This document shows positions 44,142-53,933 of a stretch of DNA of 64,000 nt, in pieces. A program made the translations under genes and the position numbers. Location of the stretch: the NCBI GenBank assembly GCA_039698055.1, contig JBDKTL010000048.1, positions 32,001 to 96,000 of the forward strand, in the 5' to 3' direction. The stretch is from Methanoregula sp. GTDB lineage: Archaea > Halobacteriota > Methanomicrobia > Methanomicrobiales > Methanospirillaceae. The notes under the pieces were generated by a model. The model saw only the letters and a program-made list of their open reading frames with translations. It was not told the DNA's origin and searched no databases. Within the stretch, counting starts at the first letter, position 1; the number at the start of each line of letters is the position of its first letter.

Positions 44142-44932
44142 AAAAACACCCCGACTCCCGTTGTCACCATCATCAGGATCCCGCCAAGCCCGGCAAGGTA
44201 TACCATGACCGGGACAAGCGACCGCACCCGAACGGGTTCCGCAGAATCCAGCGACGGCATGATCCCGTTATAGCAGCGGCAGTCCATCGCACGGACAAGG
44301 TCTTCTCCGGCAATCCAGCTGGAGATAAAGAGCATCCCAAACATCATGGATACGGACCGGATGGATTCCCGTGGCCGGCTGTAGCCAAGGCGCATCACCT
44401 GCGCCTGCCAGATCTCGACTGCCTGATCACAGATGATGAAGATGTACCGGTAGATGATCATCATCAGGTCGATCAGTTCAAGGGGAATCCCGATACGCTT
44501 CATCCCGTTGAAGAGATCGGTCATGGGCGTTGTCAGGGTAATAAAGAACAACGAGATCGAACAGCCAAACACCCGGCACAGGACAAGCCAGCTCTGCATA
44601 ACGGCCCCGGTGGTGATGGTAAGGTTGATCCACGAGACCGGGTTGAACCGCCAGATCACGTCCCCGCCGCCGAGCATGAAGAGGAGGACAACCGCGCTCA
44701 TAATCGCAAAAAAGGCCGGGGCAAGCAGGAGCTCCCCGTACAGGAGAGGAGATACCCGGCCCGGCACGATAAGGACAAGACTGAGAACGATACCTGAAAC
44801 CAGCGGCACGACCGGGGACGGGGATATGAGGCAGATGATAAGGGAGCCCAGTGCAAGAAGGAGTTTTGTCCCGGGATGGATATGCCGGAACACACTCTGT
44901 TGTGCGACGTAGTCGAGGTTTGTTTCAAACAT
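44138..44932 (-). CDS. cbiQ: Cobalt ECF T component CbiQ
   Basis: HPGTKL, LTTPM, IYRYIF, AQVMRLGY, AMDCRCY. Confidence 0.88.
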   Translation of the reverse strand: MFETNLDYVAQQSVFRHIHPGTKLLLALGSLIICLISPSPVVPLVSGIVLSLVLIVPGRVSPLLYGELLLAPAFFAIMSAVVLLFMLGGGDVIWRFNPVSWINLTITTGAVMQSWLVLCRVFGCSISLFFITLTTPMTDLFNGMKRIGIPLELIDLMMIIYRYIFIICDQAVEIWQAQVMRLGYSRPRESIRSVSMMFGMLFISSWIAGEDLVRAMDCRCYNGIMPSLDSAEPVRVRSLVPVMVYLAGLGGILMMVTTGVGVFL

Positions 44933-44938
44933 AAAAAA

Positions 44939-45247
44939 TCAGGTAGGTTGTGAGGACTTTTTCTGCCCCAGCCAGTACCCGAACACGAGCCCGAGAACGA
45001 GTCCTCCAAACGATGCCTGGAGCGCAAAGAGCGTTGATTCAATCTCCCCGCTTGGAGGTTCATACTGGGGAATGAGCGGTGTGAAGAAATCAGCCGGATG
45101 ACCGGTCAGTTCGGCAATTTTTTCCGAACCGACATCGTCAGACCCGCTGAACTCATGGGTCCCGCCGGCGCTGACCAGAAGGAATACCGCGACAAAGGCA
45201 AGAATAGCAACCACGGTGATAATTTCGAGTTTGTAGTCCCTGATCAT
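44939..45247 (-). CDS. cbiN: Cobalt transport protein CbiN
   Basis: FSGSDD, EPPSGEIESTLFALQA..G....GY. Confidence 0.92.
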   Translation of the reverse strand: MIRDYKLEIITVVAILAFVAVFLLVSAGGTHEFSGSDDVGSEKIAELTGHPADFFTPLIPQYEPPSGEIESTLFALQASFGGLVLGLVFGYWLGQKKSSQPT

Positions 45248-45966
45248 GATCGTCCCTCTGGTGCGGGAGCTGCCCCGTCGTGCAGTCGTGCACCGGTGAT
45301 CTGTTGTTCTGAGAATACATTGAGTTTTATGAGGATTTCAGGTTTGAGGGCGACAATGTACTTGAAGACGAGCGCCAGCACGCAGCCTTCGACAATCGCG
45401 AGAGGTACCTGCGTAATGGCGAAGATCGCAAAGAATGCTTCAAACGAGGCAAGGATCCCGCCAACCTGCGCGGGATACGCGAGTGCAAGCTCAAAGGACG
45501 TGATCACATAGGTCACCAGATCGGCGACGGCCGTTACGAGAAATACCGTGACATAAATATTGACCTTCGTGTCTTTGAGGAGGCGGTAGAGGGCGTACCC
45601 GGCAATGGGGCCGCCAATCGCCATCGAGACCATGTTGGCACCCATGGTGGAGAGCCCCCCGTGGGCAAGCAGGAGCGCCTGGAAGAGCAGGACGATCGCA
45701 CCGACGACTGATGTGATGAATACGCCAAAACACATGGTCGAAAGACCGGTACCGGTCGGGTGGGAACAGCTGCCGGTGACCGAGGGGAGCTTGAGAGCGG
45801 ACAGTATGAAGATGAACGCCCCGCAGACGCCCAGCAGCGGCAGGTATTCCCGGTCTTTTCTCATCATTGCCCGCAGTTCAAGCACTCCCATGACAAGGAA
45901 CGGGATGGCGATCAGCCACCACACGAGACACCATTGCCAGGGTAAGAAACCTTCCATGATATGCAT
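45244..45966 (-). CDS. cbiM: Cobalt ECF S component CbiM
   Basis: MHIMEGFLP N-terminus, LKLPSVTGSCSHPTG, LLAHGGL. Confidence 0.95.
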   Translation of the reverse strand: MHIMEGFLPWQWCLVWWLIAIPFLVMGVLELRAMMRKDREYLPLLGVCGAFIFILSALKLPSVTGSCSHPTGTGLSTMCFGVFITSVVGAIVLLFQALLLAHGGLSTMGANMVSMAIGGPIAGYALYRLLKDTKVNIYVTVFLVTAVADLVTYVITSFELALAYPAQVGGILASFEAFFAIFAITQVPLAIVEGCVLALVFKYIVALKPEILIKLNVFSEQQITGARLHDGAAPAPEGRS

Positions 45967-45980
45967 GATTGTCTATCAAG

Positions 45981-45999
45981 TTTACTTGCTTTAAGTAAA
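45981..45999. promoter_or_regulatory. Palindrome upstream of cbiM
   Basis: TTTACTT-gcttt-AAGTAAA about 15 bp before the cbiM start. Confidence 0.4.
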
Positions 46000-46147
46000 T
46001 AAAATTTGCTAAAATGAACCAAAAAAGAGATTGGCGGGCTACGAAATGTTAAAAGGGCCTGAAGTATTATTAAAGTTTAAATATATTCATGGACAGGCAT
46101 ATTTATAGTTTACTTCAGTACATGTAGTATCAGAAGAATTGGAAAAA

Positions 46148-47374
46148 ATGCAGTCCCCTTCGCAGCCCCTGCACGTCCTCTATGTTGATGATGAACTGCC
46201 GCTCCTTGAGCTGGGCCGGGCATTCCTCGAACAGATGGAGAATTTCCGCGTCGAAACCTCATCGTCCGCACGCAACGCGCTCTCCCTTCTTGGCCATACC
46301 GGTTTTGACGCGATTGTCTGCGATTTCCAGATGCCCGGCATGGATGGCATGGAATTTTTACGGGAAGTCCGGACCATCCACGGGGATATTCCTTTTATTT
46401 TGTTTACCGGGCGGGGACGCGAGGAGATCGTTATCAGGGCAATCACGAGCGGCGCTGATTTTTATGTCCAGAAGGGTGGCGAGCCGCGATCGCAGTTTGC
46501 GGACCTTGCCCACAAGGTAAAACAGGCAGTCCGCCGGAGAAAAGCGGAGCAGGACCTGAAATATTCAGAGGACCGGTTTTCAAAAGTTTTCCATGCAAGT
46601 CCAATCCAGGAGCTTATCCTTGAATCCAAAACCAGGCAGATCGTTGATGCCAACGAATCGTTCCTTACCGGCACGGGATACAGCCGGCAGGACGTGATCG
46701 GCAGGACGATTGACGAGCTGGGCTTGGCGGTCAAATCGCGTGAAGGAATATCGCTGACGGGGATCCTTTCCCAGAAACATCAAATCAGCAACGTGGAGGT
46801 GCAGGTCAAAATCAGGTCCGGGGAGATCCGAACCGTTCTTATTTCCCTGCGGCACATCACCGCTGCCGGGCATGACCTGATCGTATCGCAGGCCATCGAT
46901 ATTACCGAACAGATCGAGACGCAGAGAATACTCCGGCAAAAGACCAGTGAACTCATGGGCGCGTATGAGCACCTTGCAGCCATCGAAGCGGATATGCAGG
47001 AAAACCTCAAAGTGCTTGCCTGCCAGCGGGAGGCGCTGCAGAGCACCCGGGCCGATGAACGGACACTTCTTGACGCATCGCTTGATTATGTCTGCCTGTA
47101 CGACCGGTCCGGCACGATTTTTGCGATCAATGAACGGATGGCAAAAGAGATCAAAAAGCCGGTCATGCATCTTATCGGGGAAAATTTTTTCGATGCGCAC
47201 AGTTCTTTTTCACCGGATATGATCCGATCGCTGAGCGAACATGCATTCTTTACCCAAAAAACTGTTGAAAAAACCATCCGGCTGGGTGACCGCACCTGTG
47301 AAATCCGGGTCGTCCCGGTGATGGATACAAACCACCCGGTAAACCGGGTTGCGTTTATTGCCCGGGTGTTGTGA
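46148..47374 (+). CDS. Receiver (REC)-PAS-PAS signalling protein
   Basis: VLYVDDE, DAIVCDFQMPGMDG, FILFTGRG, FYVQKGG; PAS-like ANESF...GYS, DITE. Confidence 0.85.
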   Translation: MQSPSQPLHVLYVDDELPLLELGRAFLEQMENFRVETSSSARNALSLLGHTGFDAIVCDFQMPGMDGMEFLREVRTIHGDIPFILFTGRGREEIVIRAITSGADFYVQKGGEPRSQFADLAHKVKQAVRRRKAEQDLKYSEDRFSKVFHASPIQELILESKTRQIVDANESFLTGTGYSRQDVIGRTIDELGLAVKSREGISLTGILSQKHQISNVEVQVKIRSGEIRTVLISLRHITAAGHDLIVSQAIDITEQIETQRILRQKTSELMGAYEHLAAIEADMQENLKVLACQREALQSTRADERTLLDASLDYVCLYDRSGTIFAINERMAKEIKKPVMHLIGENFFDAHSSFSPDMIRSLSEHAFFTQKTVEKTIRLGDRTCEIRVVPVMDTNHPVNRVAFIARVL

Positions 47375-47549
47375 GCGCGGGGAGGCAACCCGTCAGGGCA
47401 AAGAGCCATGGATCAAAGAATGAATTTTTTTGTAATTTTTTCGTTGTGCACGCGAGATGACCCATCGTCATTCATCGTGACAGGCAAAAATGCCCCCGGT
47501 TCTCCCGATTTCCCAAGGTGTTGCTGTACGTTCCCGGCAGATTTTTGCT

Positions 47550-48908
47550 TCACACCCTGCTTTTGATCTGCTTTTTCTGCCGCATCGCCTGATCATGTCC
47601 CGGGTTGAGCGCAAGCACCCGGTCATATGCCGCGATCGCATCGGTATCCCGCTGGACTTTTTTCAGGATAAAACCTTTATAGAGCCATGCTTCGACGGAT
47701 TTTTCGTCAAGCGCGGTTGCACGGTCGCACGCGGCGATAGCCTCTTCGAATTCTCCCAGCATGACGAGATTCTTGGCGCAGCTTATCCAGGCGCCGGGGT
47801 TTTTGGGAGCGATCGCAAGCGACCGTTCATAGGCAGACAGCGACTCGTCATATATCCCGGATTTTTTCTTCGCATCGCCAAGAGCCCGCCACACATCGGC
47901 ATTGCCGCTGTTGATGCCGAGATATCGTTCAAACGAACCGGCTGCTTCCCGGTATCTCCCGGTCTTCATGTAGAGATGCCCAAGGATATGCCAGCGGTCC
48001 GGGTCCGTGACCGTATCCGGGATCTGTTCCAGTTCGCGGATCATCTCTTCGTACGAACTGCCCGGTGACACGTGAACTGACGGGACAGGAACCGGTTCTT
48101 CCGTTGCCGGAGACATCCGTGACGGATGGTCCTGCACAACCGGGTTCACGCGATCCGGCACGGCCGGAGGAATGTTTTTTGCAGCCGATGCAATCGGGGC
48201 AGGTGCCGGTTTCCCGTCATGGGTTCCCGGTGATGCCGGTACAGGTACCGGGCGTTCAGGAACAACCACCGGGTAAGAAGACGGGGATTTTTGGGCCACG
48301 GGCACAGGAGCCGGAACCGGCAGGCTGGTGGCAGGTTGCGGGGATCTTGGATCTGGTGTGACAGGGAGATCTTCTTTGGGATGTTTGACGAGAGGTTTGT
48401 CCTTAGTGCCGGCCTGGTACCGTTTTCTTGCAACGCTGATGCCGGTGAGGGCATCCATATGTTTTGGATCAAGGCTCAGGACTTTTTCGTACGCGAGGAT
48501 CGCCTCGTCATACTTTTCCTGGATGGCAAGGGTAAGTCCTTTGGCATACCATGCCTTGATGAAATCGGGATGGATGGCAAGTGCCCGGTCATAAAGTGCA
48601 AGCGCGAGGGAATATTTACCATATGTTAAATAAATGAGGCCCTTGTAAACAAGCGCATCAGGAAGATCGGGATCGATACCAAGCGCCCGGTCGAAATATT
48701 GCAGCGCCTCGTCAAAGGACCCGATCTGGTACAGGGCATAGCCTTTCAGCTGCGAGGCCCGGGGGCGTCCGGGCTCGATGGCGGCAACTTTGTCAAGGAT
48801 CTCCAGGGCATCGGCATAATATCCCTTGCGGCAGAAGGCTTCTGCCCGGAGGTACATGGACTCCGGATCCATCGCCGGATTCTTCAGGATTGTTTCAAAG
48901 ATACCCAT
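47550..48908 (-). CDS. TPR-repeat protein with central Pro-rich linker
   Basis: Repeated W..KG..L...G.Y.EA...Y..AL.IDP. Confidence 0.9.
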   Translation of the reverse strand: MGIFETILKNPAMDPESMYLRAEAFCRKGYYADALEILDKVAAIEPGRPRASQLKGYALYQIGSFDEALQYFDRALGIDPDLPDALVYKGLIYLTYGKYSLALALYDRALAIHPDFIKAWYAKGLTLAIQEKYDEAILAYEKVLSLDPKHMDALTGISVARKRYQAGTKDKPLVKHPKEDLPVTPDPRSPQPATSLPVPAPVPVAQKSPSSYPVVVPERPVPVPASPGTHDGKPAPAPIASAAKNIPPAVPDRVNPVVQDHPSRMSPATEEPVPVPSVHVSPGSSYEEMIRELEQIPDTVTDPDRWHILGHLYMKTGRYREAAGSFERYLGINSGNADVWRALGDAKKKSGIYDESLSAYERSLAIAPKNPGAWISCAKNLVMLGEFEEAIAACDRATALDEKSVEAWLYKGFILKKVQRDTDAIAAYDRVLALNPGHDQAMRQKKQIKSRV

Positions 48909-49616
48909 AAAAACCTCACCCGGGCATTCCTGATCGGTTCACCTGTTTTTTTCTCTGACGGTTCCCCGGGTTTGCCGGCCTTGAATGTTTCTTCTCGTTA
49001 CGATGAGTCGTTCCATGCAGGATGCCCGGCAGTGTCCAACTATCGGGTCTCCACATACGCTGTACCTCGTTACCTGCATACTCATGTTCAACAGTATATA
49101 GAATAGCATCCCTATAATATAGTTTTTCAATTTGTTCTCTATATACATTGGATTTATAAAAATATTTTTCCGGTTTACACTGTGCCGCAGGAGTTGGATG
49201 TGGTTACCGAAGATTGGCGTGGCTTGGACAAATGAACAGGAAACTTTTCCCGCACGGCAATGCCCGGGTTTTCCCGGATCGCTTCGTCTCATCAAATCAA
49301 TATTTTCAAAACAATTATATAGAGATTGTGCCAAGTCTATTGTGTCGCTTTTTCGAAAAAACCAGGGGGCCGACTCCCGGACCATTCCAGGTCGTGCGCC
49401 CCCGCCCGCAGTGAAACCTCCCATCCACGAGAAAAATCCTGCCGGCAGGTGGGATGGCAAAGGTTTGCCGGTATCGTGGCTGCCCCTGTTCATCCGGACC
49501 GGCAGTCTCTTCCTTGTCCCAAAATGCATCAGCACGCTGTACGGGATGCCCGTGAAAAAATTATTCCGGAATACTACCAGTTCCCCGTGTCGTGAGGATG
49601 ACACAGGATAAAAGCC

Positions 49617-50402
49617 ATGAACGTCGATTTCCACGTTCACACCAACCGGTCCGTTGACGGCGTCCACAGCCCCCGGGCGATGGTGAAATGTGCACGGGCC
49701 GCCGGGCTCGACGCCATCGCTATCACAGATCACAACCGGCTCTTTCCCTGGATCGAGGCACAACGGCTCGCAAAAGAGTTCGGGGTTCTCGTGATCCCGG
49801 GCATCGAGGGAGGGGATATTGCCATCCAGAAACACTGGCTCGCGCTTGGCATTATGGTGCCGCCAGCCGGATGGGCAATCAAAAGCGTCCTGCGCCGCAT
49901 CAGGAACCAGGGCGGGCTTTGCGTTGCCCCCCACCCGCACACACGCCTTGGCTATGGCAACTATGCCGCGCTCGGCTTTGACGCAGTCGAATCCCTCAAT
50001 GGCGCGGAGCCGGGTTCCAACCGGCAGGTCAGGAACGTTACCCATATCCCGGAAGTAGCCGGCAGCGATGCCCATGCAGGCCCGATGCTTGGGACAGTAT
50101 GGACTGAAGTTGATGCGGAAGGCACGGCAGAGGACGTCCTTGAAGCAGTGCGCCACGGGCGGTGCACCCCGGCCGGAACGACCATCCCCGGACGGGATAT
50201 TCTCAACTATTATTACCTCTACGCCGTGCACCGCGTAATCCTCAGCCCGCTGGACGCTTTTGCGTCCCTGCGACTGGTCATCAGGAATATGAAAAAAGCA
50301 CATGCGATCGAAACATCGCGCTCCAACCGTTTACCGCAAGAAGTACCAGGTGATTCACATTCATTCAGATGCAGTCCCGCAGATCCACTGGATTGGCATT
50401 GA
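49617..50402 (+). CDS. PHP-family phosphoesterase
   Basis: DFHVHT..S.DG, AITDHN, GIE, PHP, AVESLN, GSDAH. Confidence 0.9.
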   Translation: MNVDFHVHTNRSVDGVHSPRAMVKCARAAGLDAIAITDHNRLFPWIEAQRLAKEFGVLVIPGIEGGDIAIQKHWLALGIMVPPAGWAIKSVLRRIRNQGGLCVAPHPHTRLGYGNYAALGFDAVESLNGAEPGSNRQVRNVTHIPEVAGSDAHAGPMLGTVWTEVDAEGTAEDVLEAVRHGRCTPAGTTIPGRDILNYYYLYAVHRVILSPLDAFASLRLVIRNMKKAHAIETSRSNRLPQEVPGDSHSFRCSPADPLDWH

Positions 50403-51150
50403 TCTCAACACCACCGGCTATGCCGTTGTCGTTGCCGATCCCGCCACCGGCCATGTACTGAAACTGGGAAAACAACCGTCCCGCATCCCGGGCCGGACAT
50501 GCACGAACTGTACGAAACTGTACAGGGAAGGAAAGATGTGGAAATTAAAAAAGATGAAAACAAGGGAACGCAAGAATTTCCGGTCCACGCTCAATACCAT
50601 CGTCTGGCAGATTGTTTCCTTTGCAGAATCTTCGTGCGCCGGCATCAAGTTCGAAAAACTTTTCAGCCACCATTACCCGGGCCGGAAAAAGGAGATTGGA
50701 GAATATGAATTCTCGTTCCAGAACACCTCGTTTCCCCACCTGCTGCGGCTCGTGGAGAAACATGCATCGGACCGGGGGATCCCGGTCGATTACGTGAACC
50801 CGAACAACACATCGAAAATCTGCAGCCGGTGCGGGGGCCTCGGGCGCCGGGTGCGCAAGCGGTTCGAATGCCCCCACTGCGGTGCGGTTGTCCACGCGGA
50901 CGTGAATGCGGCATTCAATATCGCGGCAACTCCTGTCTTTACCAGCAAGGTTGAGGCAGAGCGCATAAAATCCCTCAAAAAGCAGATGCGGAGGCTTGCA
51001 CGCCAGGAGCGGGCCCGGGCCGGTATGCCGCTGCAGGAGGGCGTTTTGGTCGCCCCGTCAGAACTGCCTGCCCGCTGGGACATGACGGGCACATGGGCGG
51101 CGAGATTGGGAGAGGGTTTGCCGGCGACTGCAACGGGCTCGCGACCATGA
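50302..51150 (+). CDS. N-terminally truncated TnpB/Cas12f-like RuvC + Zn-ribbon protein
   Basis: RuvC-I GIDLN (D34), RuvC-II IKFEKL (E118), VNPNNTSKICSRC..FECPHC, RuvC-III HADVNAAFNIA (D200). Confidence 0.85.
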   Translation: MRSKHRAPTVYRKKYQVIHIHSDAVPQIHWIGIDLNTTGYAVVVADPATGHVLKLGKQPSRIPGRTCTNCTKLYREGKMWKLKKMKTRERKNFRSTLNTIVWQIVSFAESSCAGIKFEKLFSHHYPGRKKEIGEYEFSFQNTSFPHLLRLVEKHASDRGIPVDYVNPNNTSKICSRCGGLGRRVRKRFECPHCGAVVHADVNAAFNIAATPVFTSKVEAERIKSLKKQMRRLARQERARAGMPLQEGVLVAPSELPARWDMTGTWAARLGEGLPATATGSRP

Positions 51151-51419
51151 TTCTCGAAGTGGTGACCATCACGGTGACCTGCCCCCACTGCACGCAGAGG
51201 TTTACCAAAAAGGTCTGGTTCCCGATTCACCGGGCGCTTGAAGACCCTGCCTGCATGCAGGCTGACGAATGGGTCATGGCAACCTGCCCGGCATGCGGAT
51301 GCACGTCATGCATCAGTGTACAGGCAGGCACCGCCAGGAAAAAAACCGGGACCGGGGGTTGTCCCGTCACACTGCACGAACGATCCGGGCTGCCCGCTGA
51401 CAGCGAGGACCTCGGTTGA
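51147..51419 (+). CDS. Small Cys-rich zinc-finger-like protein (90 aa)
   Basis: CPHC...CPACGC; ATG overlaps the TnpB-like stop (ATGA). Confidence 0.55.
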   Translation: MILEVVTITVTCPHCTQRFTKKVWFPIHRALEDPACMQADEWVMATCPACGCTSCISVQAGTARKKTGTGGCPVTLHERSGLPADSEDLG

Positions 51420-51597
51420 GAAAGAAACGATGACGGGAGTAACGGATCGGGCAAACATTTTTTTTATCTGCACCGTTTGCAAAAATCCCACAATTCTACA
51501 ACAATCTTTTTTAATTCCGGTATAAAAATGAAGCCGCATCTCAAAAAGTTGGGCTCATACCAAAAATATATGACTGCAAACGTTCCATGAACTGGAT

Positions 51598-52056
51598 ATG
51601 CGGGCGGAAAGCGAGATCGATCTCTCGCCGCGAAAGGCTGCGTACGTCAAATACCTGTACGAGCAGGGGGGCCGGGTGAGGACGACAGATATTGCCGCAC
51701 GGTTTGTTGTCGATCCATCCACGATCACAAAAACGGTTGCGGAACTCGCGGAGACCGGCCTTATCGCGCACGAACCGTACCGGGGCATCTTTCTGACCGA
51801 GAAGGGAAAACGGCACGCCGGATACCTCGTCAAGCGCCACCGGATCCTGAGCCTGATGCTCACGCATTACGGGCTTACCCCCGAACAGGCATGCGAAGAA
51901 GCGGCGCGGTTCGAAAGCCTCGTATCCCGGGACACCATCGACCGGGTCTGCGCCGCGATGGGACACCCGCGCCTTGGGGTCTGCGGCGAGATCACCCACG
52001 ACGACGGCTGCATGAATCATGTAAAAAAGAGCAGGAAGGCAGAGGGTAAACCATGA
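51598..52056 (+). CDS. DtxR-family metal-dependent regulator (third copy)
   Basis: HTH VDPSTITK, PYRG..LT, KRHRIL, EAARFES, GHP..GVCG. Confidence 0.85.
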   Translation: MRAESEIDLSPRKAAYVKYLYEQGGRVRTTDIAARFVVDPSTITKTVAELAETGLIAHEPYRGIFLTEKGKRHAGYLVKRHRILSLMLTHYGLTPEQACEEAARFESLVSRDTIDRVCAAMGHPRLGVCGEITHDDGCMNHVKKSRKAEGKP

Positions 52057-52084
52057 TCCTGCCTGCACAGGCCAGGTGGCGGTT

Positions 52085-52897
52085 ATGAGCCGGGCGATGG
52101 TCTCTGAACATATACCGGATCTTGACCTGATCACGTTCTATGCAGAGAAACACCGGTCCCCGTTTTCAGAAGTGAGCCCGTGGACAAAAATTGCGCTGCT
52201 GTTCCTCATCATCACACTTATCACAGTCACCCGGAACATGGCACTGCTCGTTGCCACCTACGCGATCGTACTGGGTTGTTTTGCCTGTGCAGGATTGCCG
52301 GTAAAAAAACTTTTTTACTGGTATACCATCCCCATGATCTTTGTCGTATCGCTGGTGGGAATCATGATCTGGAGCGAACCGGGAGTTCCCCTGTTTACCC
52401 TTCCCCTGCCCGGGTTCCCGCTCACCCTGACCGACCAGGGACTCATTCTCATCGTGACCCTGGTGGTCAAGGCCCTCATTTCCATCACGTACTCGATTTT
52501 TATTCTTATGACCACCCGGTACGAATATCTATCAGGAGTTATTTCCCGGGTATTTCCCTCCCCGCTCGACCAGATCTTTCTTATGGCCTACCGGTTCCTC
52601 TTCCTCACGCTGGCAATGACCGGCCAGATCATCAAGGCGTTCCGCTCGCGGGGCGGCGGGGTCATTGCAAGCATCAGGACGCAGTGGAGAATGTTTGCCG
52701 GGATATTCGGCCTTGTCTTTATCCGCTCCTTTGAACGGGCCGAACGGGTAAACAAGGCGATGCAGGCCCGGGGATTCAACGGAATCTACTCGACAAATGC
52801 CACGATTCCGGCCCCGGGATTTGGAGGATATGCCATGCTTCTCTTCCTGTCCATCTTTGTAGTCGCGATCGCGATCCAGTCCAACAACCTGTGGTGA
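52085..52897 (+). CDS. Ni/Co ECF T component (CbiQ/NikQ)
   Basis: SPWTKI, MTT, YRFLF, SRGG, RSFERAERV..AM.ARGF. Confidence 0.85.
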   Translation: MSRAMVSEHIPDLDLITFYAEKHRSPFSEVSPWTKIALLFLIITLITVTRNMALLVATYAIVLGCFACAGLPVKKLFYWYTIPMIFVVSLVGIMIWSEPGVPLFTLPLPGFPLTLTDQGLILIVTLVVKALISITYSIFILMTTRYEYLSGVISRVFPSPLDQIFLMAYRFLFLTLAMTGQIIKAFRSRGGGVIASIRTQWRMFAGIFGLVFIRSFERAERVNKAMQARGFNGIYSTNATIPAPGFGGYAMLLFLSIFVVAIAIQSNNLW

Positions 52898-52901
52898 AAA
52901 T

Positions 52902-53783
52902 ATGACGACCAGTGCAGATGCAGACGATTCAATATACCGGTGCCATACCGGTACCCATACGGATGAACTGATTCACGTGGACTGTGCAAGCCATACCTAT
53001 CCCGACGGCAGTGTCGGCATCCACGAGATGTGTTTCTATGTTTTAAAAAAGGAGATCGTGGTGCTGTGCGGAATAAACGGTGCCGGCAAATCCACGCTGA
53101 TCGAACACTTAAACGGCTTGCTGACCCCGTCGCTGGGGCGGGTGATCGTAAGCGGGCAGGATATTACCAAAGGGGCCAACCGGACCCTCTGGAAAGAGGT
53201 CGGCGTCGTATTCCAAAGTTCCGACGACCAGCTCTTTGCCCCGACCGTGCTTGACGATGTCATGTTCGGGCCGCTCAACCTGGGTATGACAAAAATGGAG
53301 GCAGAAACCACCGCCAGAAATGCCCTCGAAGCGGTCCGGGCCGCAGATCTTGTCGGGAAACTTCCGGATTACTTAAGCGGCGGCCAGAAGCGTTTGATCT
53401 CTATTGCCGGTATCCTTGCCATGAAACCACAGATCATCGCGATGGACGAACCGACATCAGACCTCGATCCGGTGCACGCGGAAACCGTTGAACGGCTGAT
53501 ACGGAGTTTCCGCGACGAATCGGGCATCAGTATCGTGATTGCAACCCATGACCTCGATTTTGCTGCACGGATTGCAGACCGGGTCTGCCTTGTCAAAAAC
53601 GGTTCGGTCTTTGCAGAAGGTACACCGGCAGATATTTTTTACAACGACAATCTCATCAGGCAGGCAGGGCTCAGGGCTCCCCAGATCGTACGGATATACC
53701 AGGAGTACTGCCGGGCAAAAGGCATCGTGCCGGACAAGCGCCCGGTAAGCCTTGAAGAACTGATACCCGCCATGATCGGCTGA
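52902..53783 (+). CDS. Ni/Co ECF ATPase (CbiO/NikO)
   Basis: GINGAGKS, DDQLFAPTV.DDV.FGP, LSGGQKR, DEPT, THD. Confidence 0.88.
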   Translation: MTTSADADDSIYRCHTGTHTDELIHVDCASHTYPDGSVGIHEMCFYVLKKEIVVLCGINGAGKSTLIEHLNGLLTPSLGRVIVSGQDITKGANRTLWKEVGVVFQSSDDQLFAPTVLDDVMFGPLNLGMTKMEAETTARNALEAVRAADLVGKLPDYLSGGQKRLISIAGILAMKPQIIAMDEPTSDLDPVHAETVERLIRSFRDESGISIVIATHDLDFAARIADRVCLVKNGSVFAEGTPADIFYNDNLIRQAGLRAPQIVRIYQEYCRAKGIVPDKRPVSLEELIPAMIG

Positions 53784-53933
53784 TGCAGCACATTTTTTTC
53801 GCAGGCAAAAGAAACGATCCGGGATTTTTGGGGAGACTCCAACTTCTTCAGAGTATTTTTATCCCGGTTCGTCCAACCACATCTTTGAAATCGCACCATC
53901 TTTGATTAAATTCGGGGATTGGGGAGTCGTGGC

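Noticed and set aside
48939-50303. 454-aa minus-strand ORF
   Set aside because: Antisense to the PHP gene then runs through intergenic DNA; no motifs
50302-51150. Intact IS200/IS605 element or type V CRISPR effector
   Set aside because: No tnpA, no recognisable ends, no array, N-terminal lobe missing
51548-51565. DtxR operator before the third paralog (TTGG-N7-CCAA)
   Set aside because: Spacing and sequence deviate from the TTTAG-N6-CTAAA boxes; too weak
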